Source: Deltaproteobacteria bacterium (GTDB taxonomy: Bacteria > Myxococcota_A > Polyangia > GCA-2747355). From it: a stretch of 64,000 bases of DNA. Where the stretch lies: positions 582,723-646,722 of the forward strand of contig JACKDQ010000001.1 of the NCBI GenBank assembly GCA_020633415.1, written 5' to 3'. The position numbers and the translations under genes were made by a program. Shown in pieces: positions 9,619 to 19,583 of this stretch. A model generated the notes under the pieces. It was given only the letters and a program-made list of their open reading frames with translations. It was not told where the DNA came from and did not search any database. The number at the start of each line of letters is the position of its first letter. The first letter of the stretch is position 1.

Positions 9619-11052
9619 GTGACGAAAATGCGGCGTTTCTTTTACCTTTTTATCGCTGTGTCGATCATCGGCTGCAGTCACAGCGCCGCGGACCAAGCCG
9701 ACGGCGGGGCAAAGGCCGACCTAACCCGCGCTGACGGTGCCCAAGATGACGGTGGGCCCGCAGCCGATGCCGGCGCTGGGCGGATCTGTAGCGGTCTTTT
9801 CACCGTGCGCGATGCCAACGGCAAGCCGATCACGGCAAAAGAGACGCGCGGTGTTGAGTATCTGTTTGATCCGACCAAGTTGCACCAGTTGCAGATCGAC
9901 GTCGCGGCGCAGGACTGGGCCTGGCTCAAGGCGCACGCCCGTGATGAGAGCTATGTGCCGGCCGTGGTCGTCTTTGAGCAGCGACGCTACGAGGGTGCGG
10001 CGGTGCGTTTCAAGGGTGGCTGGACGACGATGTCGGCCTGTTTCGACGAAAGCGGCAAACAGATCTGCGCCAAGCTCAGCCTCAAGCTGCGCTTTAACAA
10101 ATACGATAGCTGCGGGCGCTTCTTTGGCCAGCGGCGTTTGGTGCTCAACTCGTCGGTGCGCGATCCAAGCTTGATGCGCGAGCGACTCGCCTACGACATC
10201 GCGCGGCGCGCCGGTGTTCCCGCGGGTCGCACATCTCACGTTACCGTCAAACTACCCGACCAGCCGACGGGCGTTTATCTACTGGTCGAAGCGATCGACA
10301 AGGAGTTCCTCGAAGACCGCTTCGCCGATGCCGAGGGTAACCTCTACAAACAGGTCTGGCCGATTCACGAGACCGCCGAGCCTTACCTAGCGGCGCTGCG
10401 GACCAATGAAGCGCTCGGTCAGGTGCAGGAAATGATCGACTTTGCCAAGGCGCTCAAGGCCAGCGATGAGGCCAGCTTCTCGACGGCGATGAGCGCCTGG
10501 ATCGACGTCGCGCAGATCGCTCGGCTGATGGCGGTCAGTCGGGTGATCAGCAGCGACGATGGCCCCGATCATTTCTACTGCTGGGATGGGGTCTGCGAAA
10601 ACGCCAACTTCTATTTCTATCGCCAGCCAGCGGGGCGCTTCACGTTGTTGCCGTGGGATCTGGACAACACCCTTTGGGATGTTGAGCCGAATTTCGCCTG
10701 GGACTGGTGGCGCAAGCCCGCGAGTTGCGCGGCGGTTTCGCTCTGCGAGTTTGATCAAATCTCCGACTGCACCGGAGAGATCGCGGCCCAGACGCTGATC
10801 CCGCCGCAATGTGATAGCTTGCTGGGGATGTCGGTGCGCCAGGCCAAAGAAGCCTATCAGCAAACGCTGAGCGCATTGGTTGGTCTGCTGCGCAAGGCGG
10901 CGAGCGACCAGACTGCCTTTCGGGCGCTGATCCGTTCGGCCGTCGGCGCTGATCCGGCTGCGCCCAAACTGAGCGACTTCGATGCCTACAACGACTGGCT
11001 AGCCAGCGTGTTGCTCAAGCAAGCTGATACCGTTGAGGCATCGCTCAAGTAG
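9619..11052 (+). CDS. CotH-family (atypical kinase) lipoprotein
   Basis: Lipoprotein signal (IIGCSHS). The block LVLNSSVRDPSLMRERLAYDIARRAGVPAGRTSHVTVKL...VYLLVEAIDKEFLEDRFADAEGNLYK matches the CotH kinase-like domain signature. Confidence 0.7.
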   Translation: MTKMRRFFYLFIAVSIIGCSHSAADQADGGAKADLTRADGAQDDGGPAADAGAGRICSGLFTVRDANGKPITAKETRGVEYLFDPTKLHQLQIDVAAQDWAWLKAHARDESYVPAVVVFEQRRYEGAAVRFKGGWTTMSACFDESGKQICAKLSLKLRFNKYDSCGRFFGQRRLVLNSSVRDPSLMRERLAYDIARRAGVPAGRTSHVTVKLPDQPTGVYLLVEAIDKEFLEDRFADAEGNLYKQVWPIHETAEPYLAALRTNEALGQVQEMIDFAKALKASDEASFSTAMSAWIDVAQIARLMAVSRVISSDDGPDHFYCWDGVCENANFYFYRQPAGRFTLLPWDLDNTLWDVEPNFAWDWWRKPASCAAVSLCEFDQISDCTGEIAAQTLIPPQCDSLLGMSVRQAKEAYQQTLSALVGLLRKAASDQTAFRALIRSAVGADPAAPKLSDFDAYNDWLASVLLKQADTVEASLK

Positions 11053-11054
11053 CC

Positions 11055-12041
11055 ATGCGCGCTGATGTCGATCGTCGCGCGACGCTGCTCGTCGTGCTGC
11101 TCGCGCTCTGCATTGGCGGTGGTTGTCAAAGCCACGCGACGAGCGAGCGGGACGGGCGCGTCGTTGTCGACCACGCCGTGGTCGATCTAGCGGACGACGC
11201 GGCGAGCAACTGTTTTGCTGCGGTCGAGGGTCGCGCGGCTGGCGCGCTGCGCTTCGCTGCGCTCGACGAAGCCTCTGGGATTGTCGCTAGCGCCAAAAAT
11301 CCAGGCGTGTTTTGGGCGCACAATGATGCTGGCAACGCCGCCGAGCTGTTTGCCTTCAATCGCTCAGGCGAACTGCTGGCGCGTTACGCATTGGCCGGTG
11401 TGGTCGGCATCGACATCGAAGACCTTGCCTTGGGTCCCAGCGAAGATGGTTTGGCCGAGGACTTGTTCATCGCCGACATCGGCGATAACGACCTGCTGCG
11501 CGGCACGGTCGTCGTCTACCGCTTTGCCGAGCCGATAGTAAAAAGTGACCAGGCGCCGATCACTGCGTCGCTCGCACCGCTCGCCGAGTATGTCTTGCGT
11601 TATCCCGACGGTGCCCATGACGCCGAGACGCTGATCGTCGATCCTGTGCGCGGCGATCTACTGATCGCCACCAAGACCAAACAGGCGCCGGCCAAACTGT
11701 TTGTCAGCACGGCGCCGCTCGATCCGCTCAACGCGCGTTTGCTCGTGCTCGCCGGCAGCTTGGCGATCGGTCAGCCGCCGCTCGAAGCGAGCGACCGTCG
11801 ACTGACCGCCGGCGATGCGCGCGACAACCAGATCATCCTCAGAACCTACAGCGGCGCGTTCCTTTGGCGCAGCGACGGCGTACCGCTGGCAGAGGCGCTG
11901 ACGACCACTCGCCCCTGCGCGCTTCCGGTTGATGATGCGCCGCAAGGCGAGGCGATCGCGCTCGATCCCGCTGGCGCGGGCTATTTCACGATCAGCGAGG
12001 CGCTGCGCGCGACGCTCTACCACTACCAATGGCGCGAGTAG
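11055..12041 (+). CDS. Lipoprotein, predicted beta-propeller (SdiA-regulated / phytase-like esterase family-like)
   Basis: Starts 2 bp after the CotH stop. Lipobox LALCIGGGC. Contains repeated Asp/Gly-rich strand motifs (FWAHNDAGN, FIADIGDND). Confidence 0.4.
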   Translation: MRADVDRRATLLVVLLALCIGGGCQSHATSERDGRVVVDHAVVDLADDAASNCFAAVEGRAAGALRFAALDEASGIVASAKNPGVFWAHNDAGNAAELFAFNRSGELLARYALAGVVGIDIEDLALGPSEDGLAEDLFIADIGDNDLLRGTVVVYRFAEPIVKSDQAPITASLAPLAEYVLRYPDGAHDAETLIVDPVRGDLLIATKTKQAPAKLFVSTAPLDPLNARLLVLAGSLAIGQPPLEASDRRLTAGDARDNQIILRTYSGAFLWRSDGVPLAEALTTTRPCALPVDDAPQGEAIALDPAGAGYFTISEALRATLYHYQWRE

Positions 12042-12189
12042 CGGCAGGGAAAGTCCAGACAAATCAGTCTGTTATTTGCGCGACCACGCCGGTGTTCGGC
12101 GGTGGCCCGTCGACAGCTGGCCGATTCAATGCGACAACGCTGCGTGGCGTTGCCCTAGATCGTGGCAACGTTTTGCAGGGGTATGAGTC

Positions 12190-13320
12190 GTGAGTTATCT
12201 GCGCTTATCGGTGGCGATTTTTCTGGTGGCCTGGGCCGGATGCGGCGCTCCGCACTCGGCGCGGCCGGTCGGTTGGGTGGCATCGTCGGGGGCCGATCGC
12301 GTCGGCGCTGAAGCGACGGCGGCGACGATGACGGCGCTGCCGCGTTGGATGTGTCACTACCGTTCCTCGCGCGTGCAAGGGTTGCTCCGTGATTTGCCGC
12401 TGCGGCTGCATTGGGATGGACCGGACGTTGCGAAGCTCAACTACTATGGGCGCAGTGCCGAGGCGTGGCTCTACCAAGGCGATCCGTTTCCCGGCGCGCG
12501 GCTGCGCTTTTACGGCGGGATTTTGCGGTTCACCGCCTACGCGCGACCGGCGCGGGCGACGATGGTTACCCCGTCGGCGCCGGTGCTCTGCAAAGCCGGC
12601 GTCGTTGCGCTCAACGGTGCACGTCTGACGGTGCTTTCTACCAATCGTACCTCGCTGCTGATGCAGTGTCCGCTGCCGACGGCCTACACGCCGACCAACT
12701 TGGTTTCCACCGTCGCGCTGCAATGCGAAGAGACCAAGCTTGGCCCCGATCAGCTGAGCGCCGAGCACCAGTGGCGCCGCTATGGTTTGCCCGACAAATA
12801 TGCCGATGGCTATTTGGCCAAGGACAAGCCGGTCGATGTCTATGCCGCGCCCAATGGCGAACAGCTCGGTACGTTGCGCGCCGCGTACACGCTCAAGCTG
12901 CGGCGGATCGAAGATCGCGGCGCCTTTACCCGGGTGATCTATCAAACCGGCAATTCGGCGATCGATGGCTGGATCAAAACCACAGCACTTCATGCGGAGC
13001 CGGCTGTGGGTGGAGGAGGACTCGGTGTCGGCAGCATCTTGGGCATGCTTTCCGGCGGAAAACGCCGCGACGGTTTTCGTTGCCCACAGTCGCTGGCGCT
13101 GCATATCAGCGGTCTGCACAGTGGCAAGGGGCGGCGCTACGCCTTGGGGCTGCTCTCTCCAGGCGTGTTCTTCGCGCCGAGCACCGGCGGGCTCGCGCGC
13201 TTTCGTTCGGTCGATGTTCCCCAGCTGAGTTGGCTCAAGCCGCTCGATGGCTGGCGTTTCGAAGTCGCCCAAGACGAGCTCGAGCAGGCCGGCTGCCAAC
13301 CGCAAAGCGCGTTGCAGTAG
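12190..13320 (+). CDS. Secreted hypothetical protein (lipoprotein signal)
   Basis: 376-aa ORF starting MSYLRLSVAIFLVAWAGC, in the same orientation as the CotH operon. No domain recognised. Confidence 0.45.
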   Translation: MSYLRLSVAIFLVAWAGCGAPHSARPVGWVASSGADRVGAEATAATMTALPRWMCHYRSSRVQGLLRDLPLRLHWDGPDVAKLNYYGRSAEAWLYQGDPFPGARLRFYGGILRFTAYARPARATMVTPSAPVLCKAGVVALNGARLTVLSTNRTSLLMQCPLPTAYTPTNLVSTVALQCEETKLGPDQLSAEHQWRRYGLPDKYADGYLAKDKPVDVYAAPNGEQLGTLRAAYTLKLRRIEDRGAFTRVIYQTGNSAIDGWIKTTALHAEPAVGGGGLGVGSILGMLSGGKRRDGFRCPQSLALHISGLHSGKGRRYALGLLSPGVFFAPSTGGLARFRSVDVPQLSWLKPLDGWRFEVAQDELEQAGCQPQSALQ

Positions 13321-13641
13321 CGCCGGTGATCTTTGAGAGATCCCCTGCGGTTGGCTTGCTTGCCACGCGCGCGCTGCGCTGTTGGCTCGCCCCGAGCGCG
13401 GGGTGCTGATTCAGGGTTGGCCGGAGCGCACGCGCGTCGCCCGATGACATCGCCCGGTTTTCGCCATTTGTGCTGCTGGTCTCGTCTGTTGTCGCGAGGC
13501 CAATCGACGCCGCCTTGGGTACTTTTGTCCCGGATCCTGGCGGCAAAGGGTGCTATTTCTCGCGTGCTGCGTCCCGCTGGGGCTGGCCGAGCAATTGCAT
13601 AATCTGCCGTCGCTCCTTCGAATGACGCAAGGCGATCTGCA

Positions 13642-14733
13642 ATGGCAAGGCAATCTCAACGCGATCCGCTGTTATCCCGCACCCTCCATGGGCGCTACCG
13701 TCTCGAAGAGATTCTTGAACGCGACAGTCTCGGTGTAGCCTTTCGCGCGCGGCACTTGCGGCTGAAAAGTTGGTTGGCGGTCAAGGCGTTCCATCGCGGT
13801 TTGCTTTCGCGCCTGGCGCCCGGCGAGCTGGAAAGCGAGCTGCGGACCGTTTCCAGCCTGCGCAGTCCGCATCTCGCGCGGATCATCGATCTCGGCGACG
13901 TCGACAATGGCCGGACTTTTGTCGTTCGTCCGCTGGCGATCGGCCAGCCATTGAGCGAACTGATCGCCCGCAGTGAGCCGCCGCCCGAGGCGTTGCTGCG
14001 GCTGCTGCTGCTGCAACTTTGCCAAGGTCTGGCCGAGGCGCACCAGGCCGGTCTGGTACACGGTCATCTGGCGCCGAACAAGATCAGCATTCGACAAACC
14101 AGCTGTGGCGTTCACGCCACGCTGCTCGGTCTGGGCGAACTCAAACTCGCGCAAGCCGCCGCGGTGACCTTGCCCTACGGCGTGATCGCCGATGCATGTC
14201 CGCAGACCGCCGATGTCTACGCGATAGCCAACATCGCGCATCGTTGGGCGACCGGCCTCGCACCCCAGCGCGATCGGCGACAGCCCGAGTATCCGCGCCC
14301 GATGGCGCGATTGGCGCGGCAGTTTTCGCCGCAGTTCTGTGAGGCGATCGACGCCGGCTTGCGTCGTGAGACGCAGAGCATCGAAGACTTCGTCGCGCTG
14401 ATGGGTGGCTGGCCACACAGTCGCGACAGTCGCGCGACGCTGCCGATGCGAGCCCAGCGGCCGGCCTGGCAGGTCCAAGTTGTCGCGCCCGGTTTCTCAC
14501 CCGCGGTTGTTCCGGCGCTGATGGCGATGTCGACCGAACAGCGACCGCTGTCGCGCATCCCGACGGAGCCGATGCAAACGCTGGCCATCGCGCCAACAAC
14601 GCGACCTGTGGCGGCGCGCCAAACGGTGCTCAGTCAGCGCCAAACCCAACCCGATGTCGATGTATCGGCTGACGGCGAGCTCGATCAGTTGTTCGAAGGT
14701 GGTGAGCTGGCCCACGTGCTTGGCGACCGCTAG
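13642..14733 (+). CDS. Ser/Thr protein kinase-like protein, predicted pseudokinase
   Basis: Kinase-like N-lobe (YRLEEILERDSLGVAFRARH, LAVKAF) but the catalytic HRDLKPxN is replaced by HGHLAPNK and the DFG by GLG. The C-terminal half is low-complexity. Confidence 0.55.
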   Translation: MARQSQRDPLLSRTLHGRYRLEEILERDSLGVAFRARHLRLKSWLAVKAFHRGLLSRLAPGELESELRTVSSLRSPHLARIIDLGDVDNGRTFVVRPLAIGQPLSELIARSEPPPEALLRLLLLQLCQGLAEAHQAGLVHGHLAPNKISIRQTSCGVHATLLGLGELKLAQAAAVTLPYGVIADACPQTADVYAIANIAHRWATGLAPQRDRRQPEYPRPMARLARQFSPQFCEAIDAGLRRETQSIEDFVALMGGWPHSRDSRATLPMRAQRPAWQVQVVAPGFSPAVVPALMAMSTEQRPLSRIPTEPMQTLAIAPTTRPVAARQTVLSQRQTQPDVDVSADGELDQLFEGGELAHVLGDR

Positions 14734-14847
14734 CTCGGCGGCCCTGGCCGGCCGCAAGTCGCGCGCGCCACTCGTAATTCGAATCAGTTAAATTGCTTTC
14801 CGTCGAACGATGTTCGCCGCGAGGCGTCGTATGCTCCTGCGAAGGAG

Positions 14848-15903
14848 ATGAACATGCTTGACCGATCGGACTGGCTGGCGCTTTTCTTTTTCGTCGTCTT
14901 GGCAACCGTTGCTGGTATGGGCTGCTCGGCAACGACCGACCAGCAGATCGACCCGATCAGGCGGACCGACGGCGGCTCTGTGCTAGATACGCGCAACGCC
15001 GATATTGGCACGCCGCCAAACGATAGCGCCACGAAGCGCGACAGCGGCGACGTTAGGCCAGATGTTGATGGCGCCACACCGGCGATCTGCGCCAACGGCG
15101 CTCGGCAGTGCAACAACCTACAGCTCAGAGTCTGTGCAAACGCGGCTTGGACCACCTTCGACTGCCAAGCTGTCTGCCAAGCGGAGGGCAAGGGCAATGC
15201 AGTTGGTTGTGGCCACGATGCTGCAAAAGGATTTGATGCTTGTCTTTGTGTCGGCGCGCCGACCTGTCAGGAAGGTGCGTTCAAATGCTTTGGCCTCAAG
15301 CTAGCCAAGTGCGTCAAGGGTCGATGGGACGAAGAGCCCTGTGCCACATTTTGCACCGCCGCAAAACTAGGTCCTCCCACGAGCTGCTCGTTCGACGCGA
15401 AGCTTGGTCACGAAATCTGCCAGTGTGCGCCACCAACGCCAGCCAAGTGCACCAATGGCAGCTACCAGTGCGCCAGCGCAACCGAAATCCAAAAATGCGC
15501 TGGCACGACCTGGTCAGCCCCGATCAAGTGCCAAGACCTCTGCGACATCAATCAACTCGGGCTTTCGCGCGGCTGCGGCATCGATCGATCCAGCGGCGCG
15601 CACAACTGCTTTTGCTGGCTCGGACGAATCGGCGATGAATGCGAAAAGGACAGCCACTGCGCTCAGGGCGTCTGCAACACCAAGGTCGGCTACTGTTCGC
15701 AAAGCTGCAGCAGCAACGCTCAATGTGGCACCAACGCCGATGGCTTAACAAACTGGTGTATTTCCAGCTTCCCTGGCGGCTCTTGTGCTGCGGGCTGCTA
15801 CAAAGACACGGACTGCAAGATGTTTAGCCGGGCGACGCGCTGCGCGCTGAAGTTAAACACCGTCGAGGGGACCACCGCACCCGGGGCCTGCTCGCTGCCC
15901 TAG
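14848..15903 (+). CDS. Cys-rich repeat lipoprotein
   Basis: Signal with lipobox (VAGMGC). Three ~60-aa repeats of the pattern C-x-G-x3-C...C...W...C-x3-C...C...C-x-C, then a C-terminal Cys-rich tail. Confidence 0.5.
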   Translation: MNMLDRSDWLALFFFVVLATVAGMGCSATTDQQIDPIRRTDGGSVLDTRNADIGTPPNDSATKRDSGDVRPDVDGATPAICANGARQCNNLQLRVCANAAWTTFDCQAVCQAEGKGNAVGCGHDAAKGFDACLCVGAPTCQEGAFKCFGLKLAKCVKGRWDEEPCATFCTAAKLGPPTSCSFDAKLGHEICQCAPPTPAKCTNGSYQCASATEIQKCAGTTWSAPIKCQDLCDINQLGLSRGCGIDRSSGAHNCFCWLGRIGDECEKDSHCAQGVCNTKVGYCSQSCSSNAQCGTNADGLTNWCISSFPGGSCAAGCYKDTDCKMFSRATRCALKLNTVEGTTAPGACSLP

Positions 15904-15991
15904 TCGTCATCGATGGTTGAGCGAAAAGACCGGTGGCCCGCTGATATCGGCTCACACCGCTGCACCGCCGTGCAGCAATCTGTGGAATCTT

Positions 15992-16624
15992 CTACGCCCT
16001 TTGGAGCGTGGTGCTCAACAGGCGCTCGGCGCTATCGGCGATGAAGTCTTCGATGATCTGATGAATTTCTTCGACGCTCCGAACCTCGCTGTTCCCGGCC
16101 AAAGCGACAAGGTCGCGGTCCGCCGCACTGCCATAGCGCAGGATCCAGAGCATCAGGCCGCGTAGGGCGACCGCCGCACGCAGGCGCAACACGTCGTCTT
16201 CGATCACCTGCTTCAGGAAGGGCACGAAGAATTCGCCATAGTCTTCCAGGTCGAAATCCCCACGACTGAGCGCATCGCGCAAGCGCATGCGTACCGCGCC
16301 CCGCCGACTGCGAACGAATCTATAGATATCGCGCGCGCAACGACCTAGCGACGTCGGATCGAACATCGCCGCCTGAACTTTGGGCAGCAGGCCGGCGTTG
16401 GTCTGCTCCGCGTCTCGCCGGAGCCGATCGAGGCACGCATCCCACAGCCCTTCGCGATTGCAGAAGTAGTGGTAGACGGTGCTCGGTGCGACGCCCGCAT
16501 CTCGGGCAATGTCGCTGATCTTGATCGCGTCGATATTTTTTTCGCCACAGAGCTGCTCTGTGGCATCCAGGATGGCGTTGATCGTCCGCTCAGAATCGGC
16601 CTGTGGTGGTCGCGCCATTCCCAT
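15992..16624 (-). CDS. TetR/AcrR-family transcriptional regulator
   Basis: N-terminal HTH (IKISDIARDAGVAPSTVYHYFCNREGLW), about 210 aa. Confidence 0.8.
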   Translation of the reverse strand: MGMARPPQADSERTINAILDATEQLCGEKNIDAIKISDIARDAGVAPSTVYHYFCNREGLWDACLDRLRRDAEQTNAGLLPKVQAAMFDPTSLGRCARDIYRFVRSRRGAVRMRLRDALSRGDFDLEDYGEFFVPFLKQVIEDDVLRLRAAVALRGLMLWILRYGSAADRDLVALAGNSEVRSVEEIHQIIEDFIADSAERLLSTTLQRA

Positions 16625-16867
16625 CTCCCCCCGTCGATGTTGCTGGTCAGTCTCGATCCAACAATCGTGCCAAACCGCTCAAGGGCGAAGGGTCCAGCAA
16701 AAGGCATCAAGTTCCTTTGGGGTGCCGATTGGGTCGGGGCTGCGATCCACACTAGGGGGCGTAGGGGTGGTCAAGGCTACCCACCTGGAAGCGCGTCGAA
16801 AGAATTGAGGTCAGTTCGAATTCGCCACGACCAACCCTGAGCTAGGCCGTAGCCCGAATCGATTCGC

Positions 16868-17776
16868 GTGGCTGCCTGTCGGCGCTGCGCAGGCTACGCT
16901 GGGGCGGACCGGTGGGACGCGGTCCAGATGATGAAACTTTGCCACTTAAGTGCTGCGCTACTGAGCCTTGTGGCGACCGGCTGCAGTTCGACGGAGCGGG
17001 TCGTTGATGGCGGCGGTTTGCTTGACCAGCGGACAGCTGCGGAAGGTGGGCAGGTTCGCATTGACAGCGCCCTGCGCGACGGTGCTGTTGCCGATCAGCG
17101 GACTGCAGATGCGCGGACCGTCGCTGATCTCGCTCGCGTCGATGGGGCTTTGGGCGACATCGGTATCGCGGTGCCCGCTTGCCTGACCAATTTCACTGCT
17201 CTTGCAGTCGGCGATACCTGCAATAACCAAGTTCCACTGGCGGGCGGCGTTGATTGCACGGGTAAGGGAACGGTGATCCAGAGTGCGCCGCAGCTCAATC
17301 GGCAGGGTTGGTCCGTTGGTTGTAGCACCCAGTCGGCCGGTGATCGGTCTGAGTTGGTTTGCGTTGATGGCCAGGGCGCGCTGACCTGGCGCAGCGCGTT
17401 GGGGATGGCAGATTGCCCGCCCGCTCTGGAGGTCATCTCCGGCGGCTGCGATTGTGGCGTGCACGATCTGATCGCCAGCAAACCCACGGCTCGCGGCTGG
17501 AGCTGTCGTTGCCATACCGGCCAGGGCACGGCGCACGTGCTCTGCATCGATACCGCTTGTGCGAGCCGCATCAAGTTGACTCGTGAGCAACAGTCGTTCA
17601 AAACCAGCGGCCAGACGTTGAACTGTAAGACCGGCCGGCTGCTCAGTGGCGGCTGCGAGGCTACCTGGCCGGCCGATAGTTTGCGCGCGATAGAGCACAA
17701 ATCCTCCGGTCAGTACTGTCAAACCACGTTTGGCGCCCAGGTCGACGTTTACGCGATTTGCGGCCAACTGCCTTGA
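16868..17776 (+). CDS. Hypothetical Cys-rich lipoprotein
   Basis: The likely start is MMKLCHLSAALLSLVATGC at about 16928. The protein is Cys-rich and Gly-rich with no recognised domain. Confidence 0.4.
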   Translation: MAACRRCAGYAGADRWDAVQMMKLCHLSAALLSLVATGCSSTERVVDGGGLLDQRTAAEGGQVRIDSALRDGAVADQRTADARTVADLARVDGALGDIGIAVPACLTNFTALAVGDTCNNQVPLAGGVDCTGKGTVIQSAPQLNRQGWSVGCSTQSAGDRSELVCVDGQGALTWRSALGMADCPPALEVISGGCDCGVHDLIASKPTARGWSCRCHTGQGTAHVLCIDTACASRIKLTREQQSFKTSGQTLNCKTGRLLSGGCEATWPADSLRAIEHKSSGQYCQTTFGAQVDVYAICGQLP

Positions 17777-18182
17777 AGCGCAATCAACGACAAGCGCCAA
17801 CGGCAGCGTCCGCATTGTGCTACTGACGTAAGACCCCACGGACCACCTCGTCCGCGCTATGGCGCCAACAACGCGGCCGTTTGCGGTGCGCCAAACGCTG
17901 TGGCGCTGATTTGTTACGCGGGACGGGCTTCAAGTCACGCTGCAGCTCGCAACAGATGGCAATCGCAACTTGCGCAGGCGACTGCGCCGCGCCAACAGCG
18001 GTGTGGATTTGACTGCGGTTGTCGAAGACGCGATGTAATCAAAGCGTACAGCGTTGAACGTGGAACATAGATTGGCGACGCTGAGATCATGGCTCAGCTT
18101 CCGAGCGCTCTGTCGATGCGTGAGAAGTCCGAGCCCAGGCCAGAACTGTCTCGTCGCGCTGTATTTTGTTATGCTGGGTGGC

Positions 18183-18539
18183 ATGAATACGTCAAAAGGT
18201 ATCCGGCAGCACGTCGATTTGCGGTTTAGCGCGATCAAGCTCCCACCGGTGCGCGATATACTTGTCCTTGGTCGTAAGCATCCCAACGGCAAGGCGGGGG
18301 TGATGGAGTGTTTCCGCTTCATCGCCCCGGACGAGTTTGAGATGATCGAGATCGGTGACGAGGACCCGGTTGTCGAAGCGGTACTGATCAACAAGCGGAT
18401 ACTCAAGCGAATGAATGCCGATGGCGTGCTCGGTGTGCTTCGCCAGCACGTGTTCCCCTTCATTTCCAGTGGTGAGGCGATCAATGTCGACTTTGAGGTA
18501 GCCACTGAGGTTGGTGGGATAGTGGTCGATAGGCCATGA
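18183..18539 (+). CDS. Small hypothetical protein translationally coupled to the CBS histidine kinase
   Basis: 118 aa from MNTSKG (RBS-like gggtgg upstream). Its stop TGA overlaps the ATG of the next gene (ATGA at 18536-18539). The region has noticeably lower GC than its flanks. Confidence 0.45.
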   Translation: MNTSKGIRQHVDLRFSAIKLPPVRDILVLGRKHPNGKAGVMECFRFIAPDEFEMIEIGDEDPVVEAVLINKRILKRMNADGVLGVLRQHVFPFISSGEAINVDFEVATEVGGIVVDRP

Positions 18540-19570
18540 ACGTCGCCGCCTTTGCTGTGCCACCGCGCAATCCCGTGTGGGCCTTTGCGGGGCTCGCCTC
18601 CGTCGAACGCCGTCTCGTCGAGGAGCGCTACCTTGTGGTCACGAATGAGGACGGCGTGTTTGCCGGGCTGTTGACCATCGACGACGCCATCAGGCGGCCT
18701 CGCAAACTGGTTGTCGACTGCGTTGGTCCCAAGCCGGTCTTGCCGCACGACCTCTCGGTTGACGACGCCATCGAGAGAATGGCCGGCGGATCGCATCAGT
18801 TCTTACCTGTGCTCGACTGCGAGCGTTGCATCGGCGTTGCGCACTATACCGACCTGATGGTGGCGCTAAATCCGCAGCGCGGGCCGCGGCGTCTGCATAC
18901 GCTGGCTGCCGGTATCGCTCACGACCTCAATAACTTGCTATTCGGCATTAGCGCGACCGTCGACGCGCTGGAAGACGATACGAGCCGTGAGGAGTATCGA
19001 ACCATCGCCGAGTGTACGCGCCGGGCGCGGGCGTTGACACGTTCGCTGATGGATCGCGTCAGTGGTCAAGGACCCGTCTGGACATCGGATACCATCGCGA
19101 CGTGGATCAGCGACACCGTGCGCCTTTATTCCGCGGGGACCGGCGTCGCGGTGAGTTGCGATATTCCTGCGCAGCTGCCCAACGTCAATCTGTCACTTGC
19201 GGATCTCGATCGCGTTTTGGGAAACCTAGTCGTCAACGCAGTCCGCGCCTGCAAAACGTGCGGTGGATCGATCCGCGTCTCGGTCTCACGGGTGCTGCCC
19301 GGATCGGACTTCGCGGCCACCGGCGGTGTGGAAGTGGTCGTAGCCAGCGAGGGAGCTCCAATTTCTCCCGAGACGCGAGCGCGTCTATTCGAACCGCATT
19401 TTAGCACCGACATCGACGGCCACGGGCTCGGGCTGGCCATCGTCAAGTCGATCGTGACGGATGCTGGCGGTAGCGTGGCGGTAACGTGCGAGGGTGGGTG
19501 GAATGCTTTTGCGTTCCGTTTGCCGCTATCGGAGGCAGCTGCGGTGAACGTCGTGGGCGCACCCTCGTGA
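18536..19570 (+). CDS. CBS-domain sensor histidine kinase
   Basis: N-terminal CBS pair (VVTNEDGVFAGLLTIDDAI..., QFLPVLDCERCIGVAHYTDLM), H-box LAAGIAHDLNNLLFGI, G-box GHGLGLAIVKSIV. Confidence 0.75.
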   Translation: MNVAAFAVPPRNPVWAFAGLASVERRLVEERYLVVTNEDGVFAGLLTIDDAIRRPRKLVVDCVGPKPVLPHDLSVDDAIERMAGGSHQFLPVLDCERCIGVAHYTDLMVALNPQRGPRRLHTLAAGIAHDLNNLLFGISATVDALEDDTSREEYRTIAECTRRARALTRSLMDRVSGQGPVWTSDTIATWISDTVRLYSAGTGVAVSCDIPAQLPNVNLSLADLDRVLGNLVVNAVRACKTCGGSIRVSVSRVLPGSDFAATGGVEVVVASEGAPISPETRARLFEPHFSTDIDGHGLGLAIVKSIVTDAGGSVAVTCEGGWNAFAFRLPLSEAAAVNVVGAPS

Positions 19571-19583
19571 CCACGTTTTCCGA

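Noticed and set aside
17930-18796. 288-aa minus-strand ORF
   Set aside because: The product is Ser/Thr/Arg-rich and low-complexity. It is antisense to a well-supported small gene and the 5' end of the CBS kinase, a typical high-GC antisense artefact.
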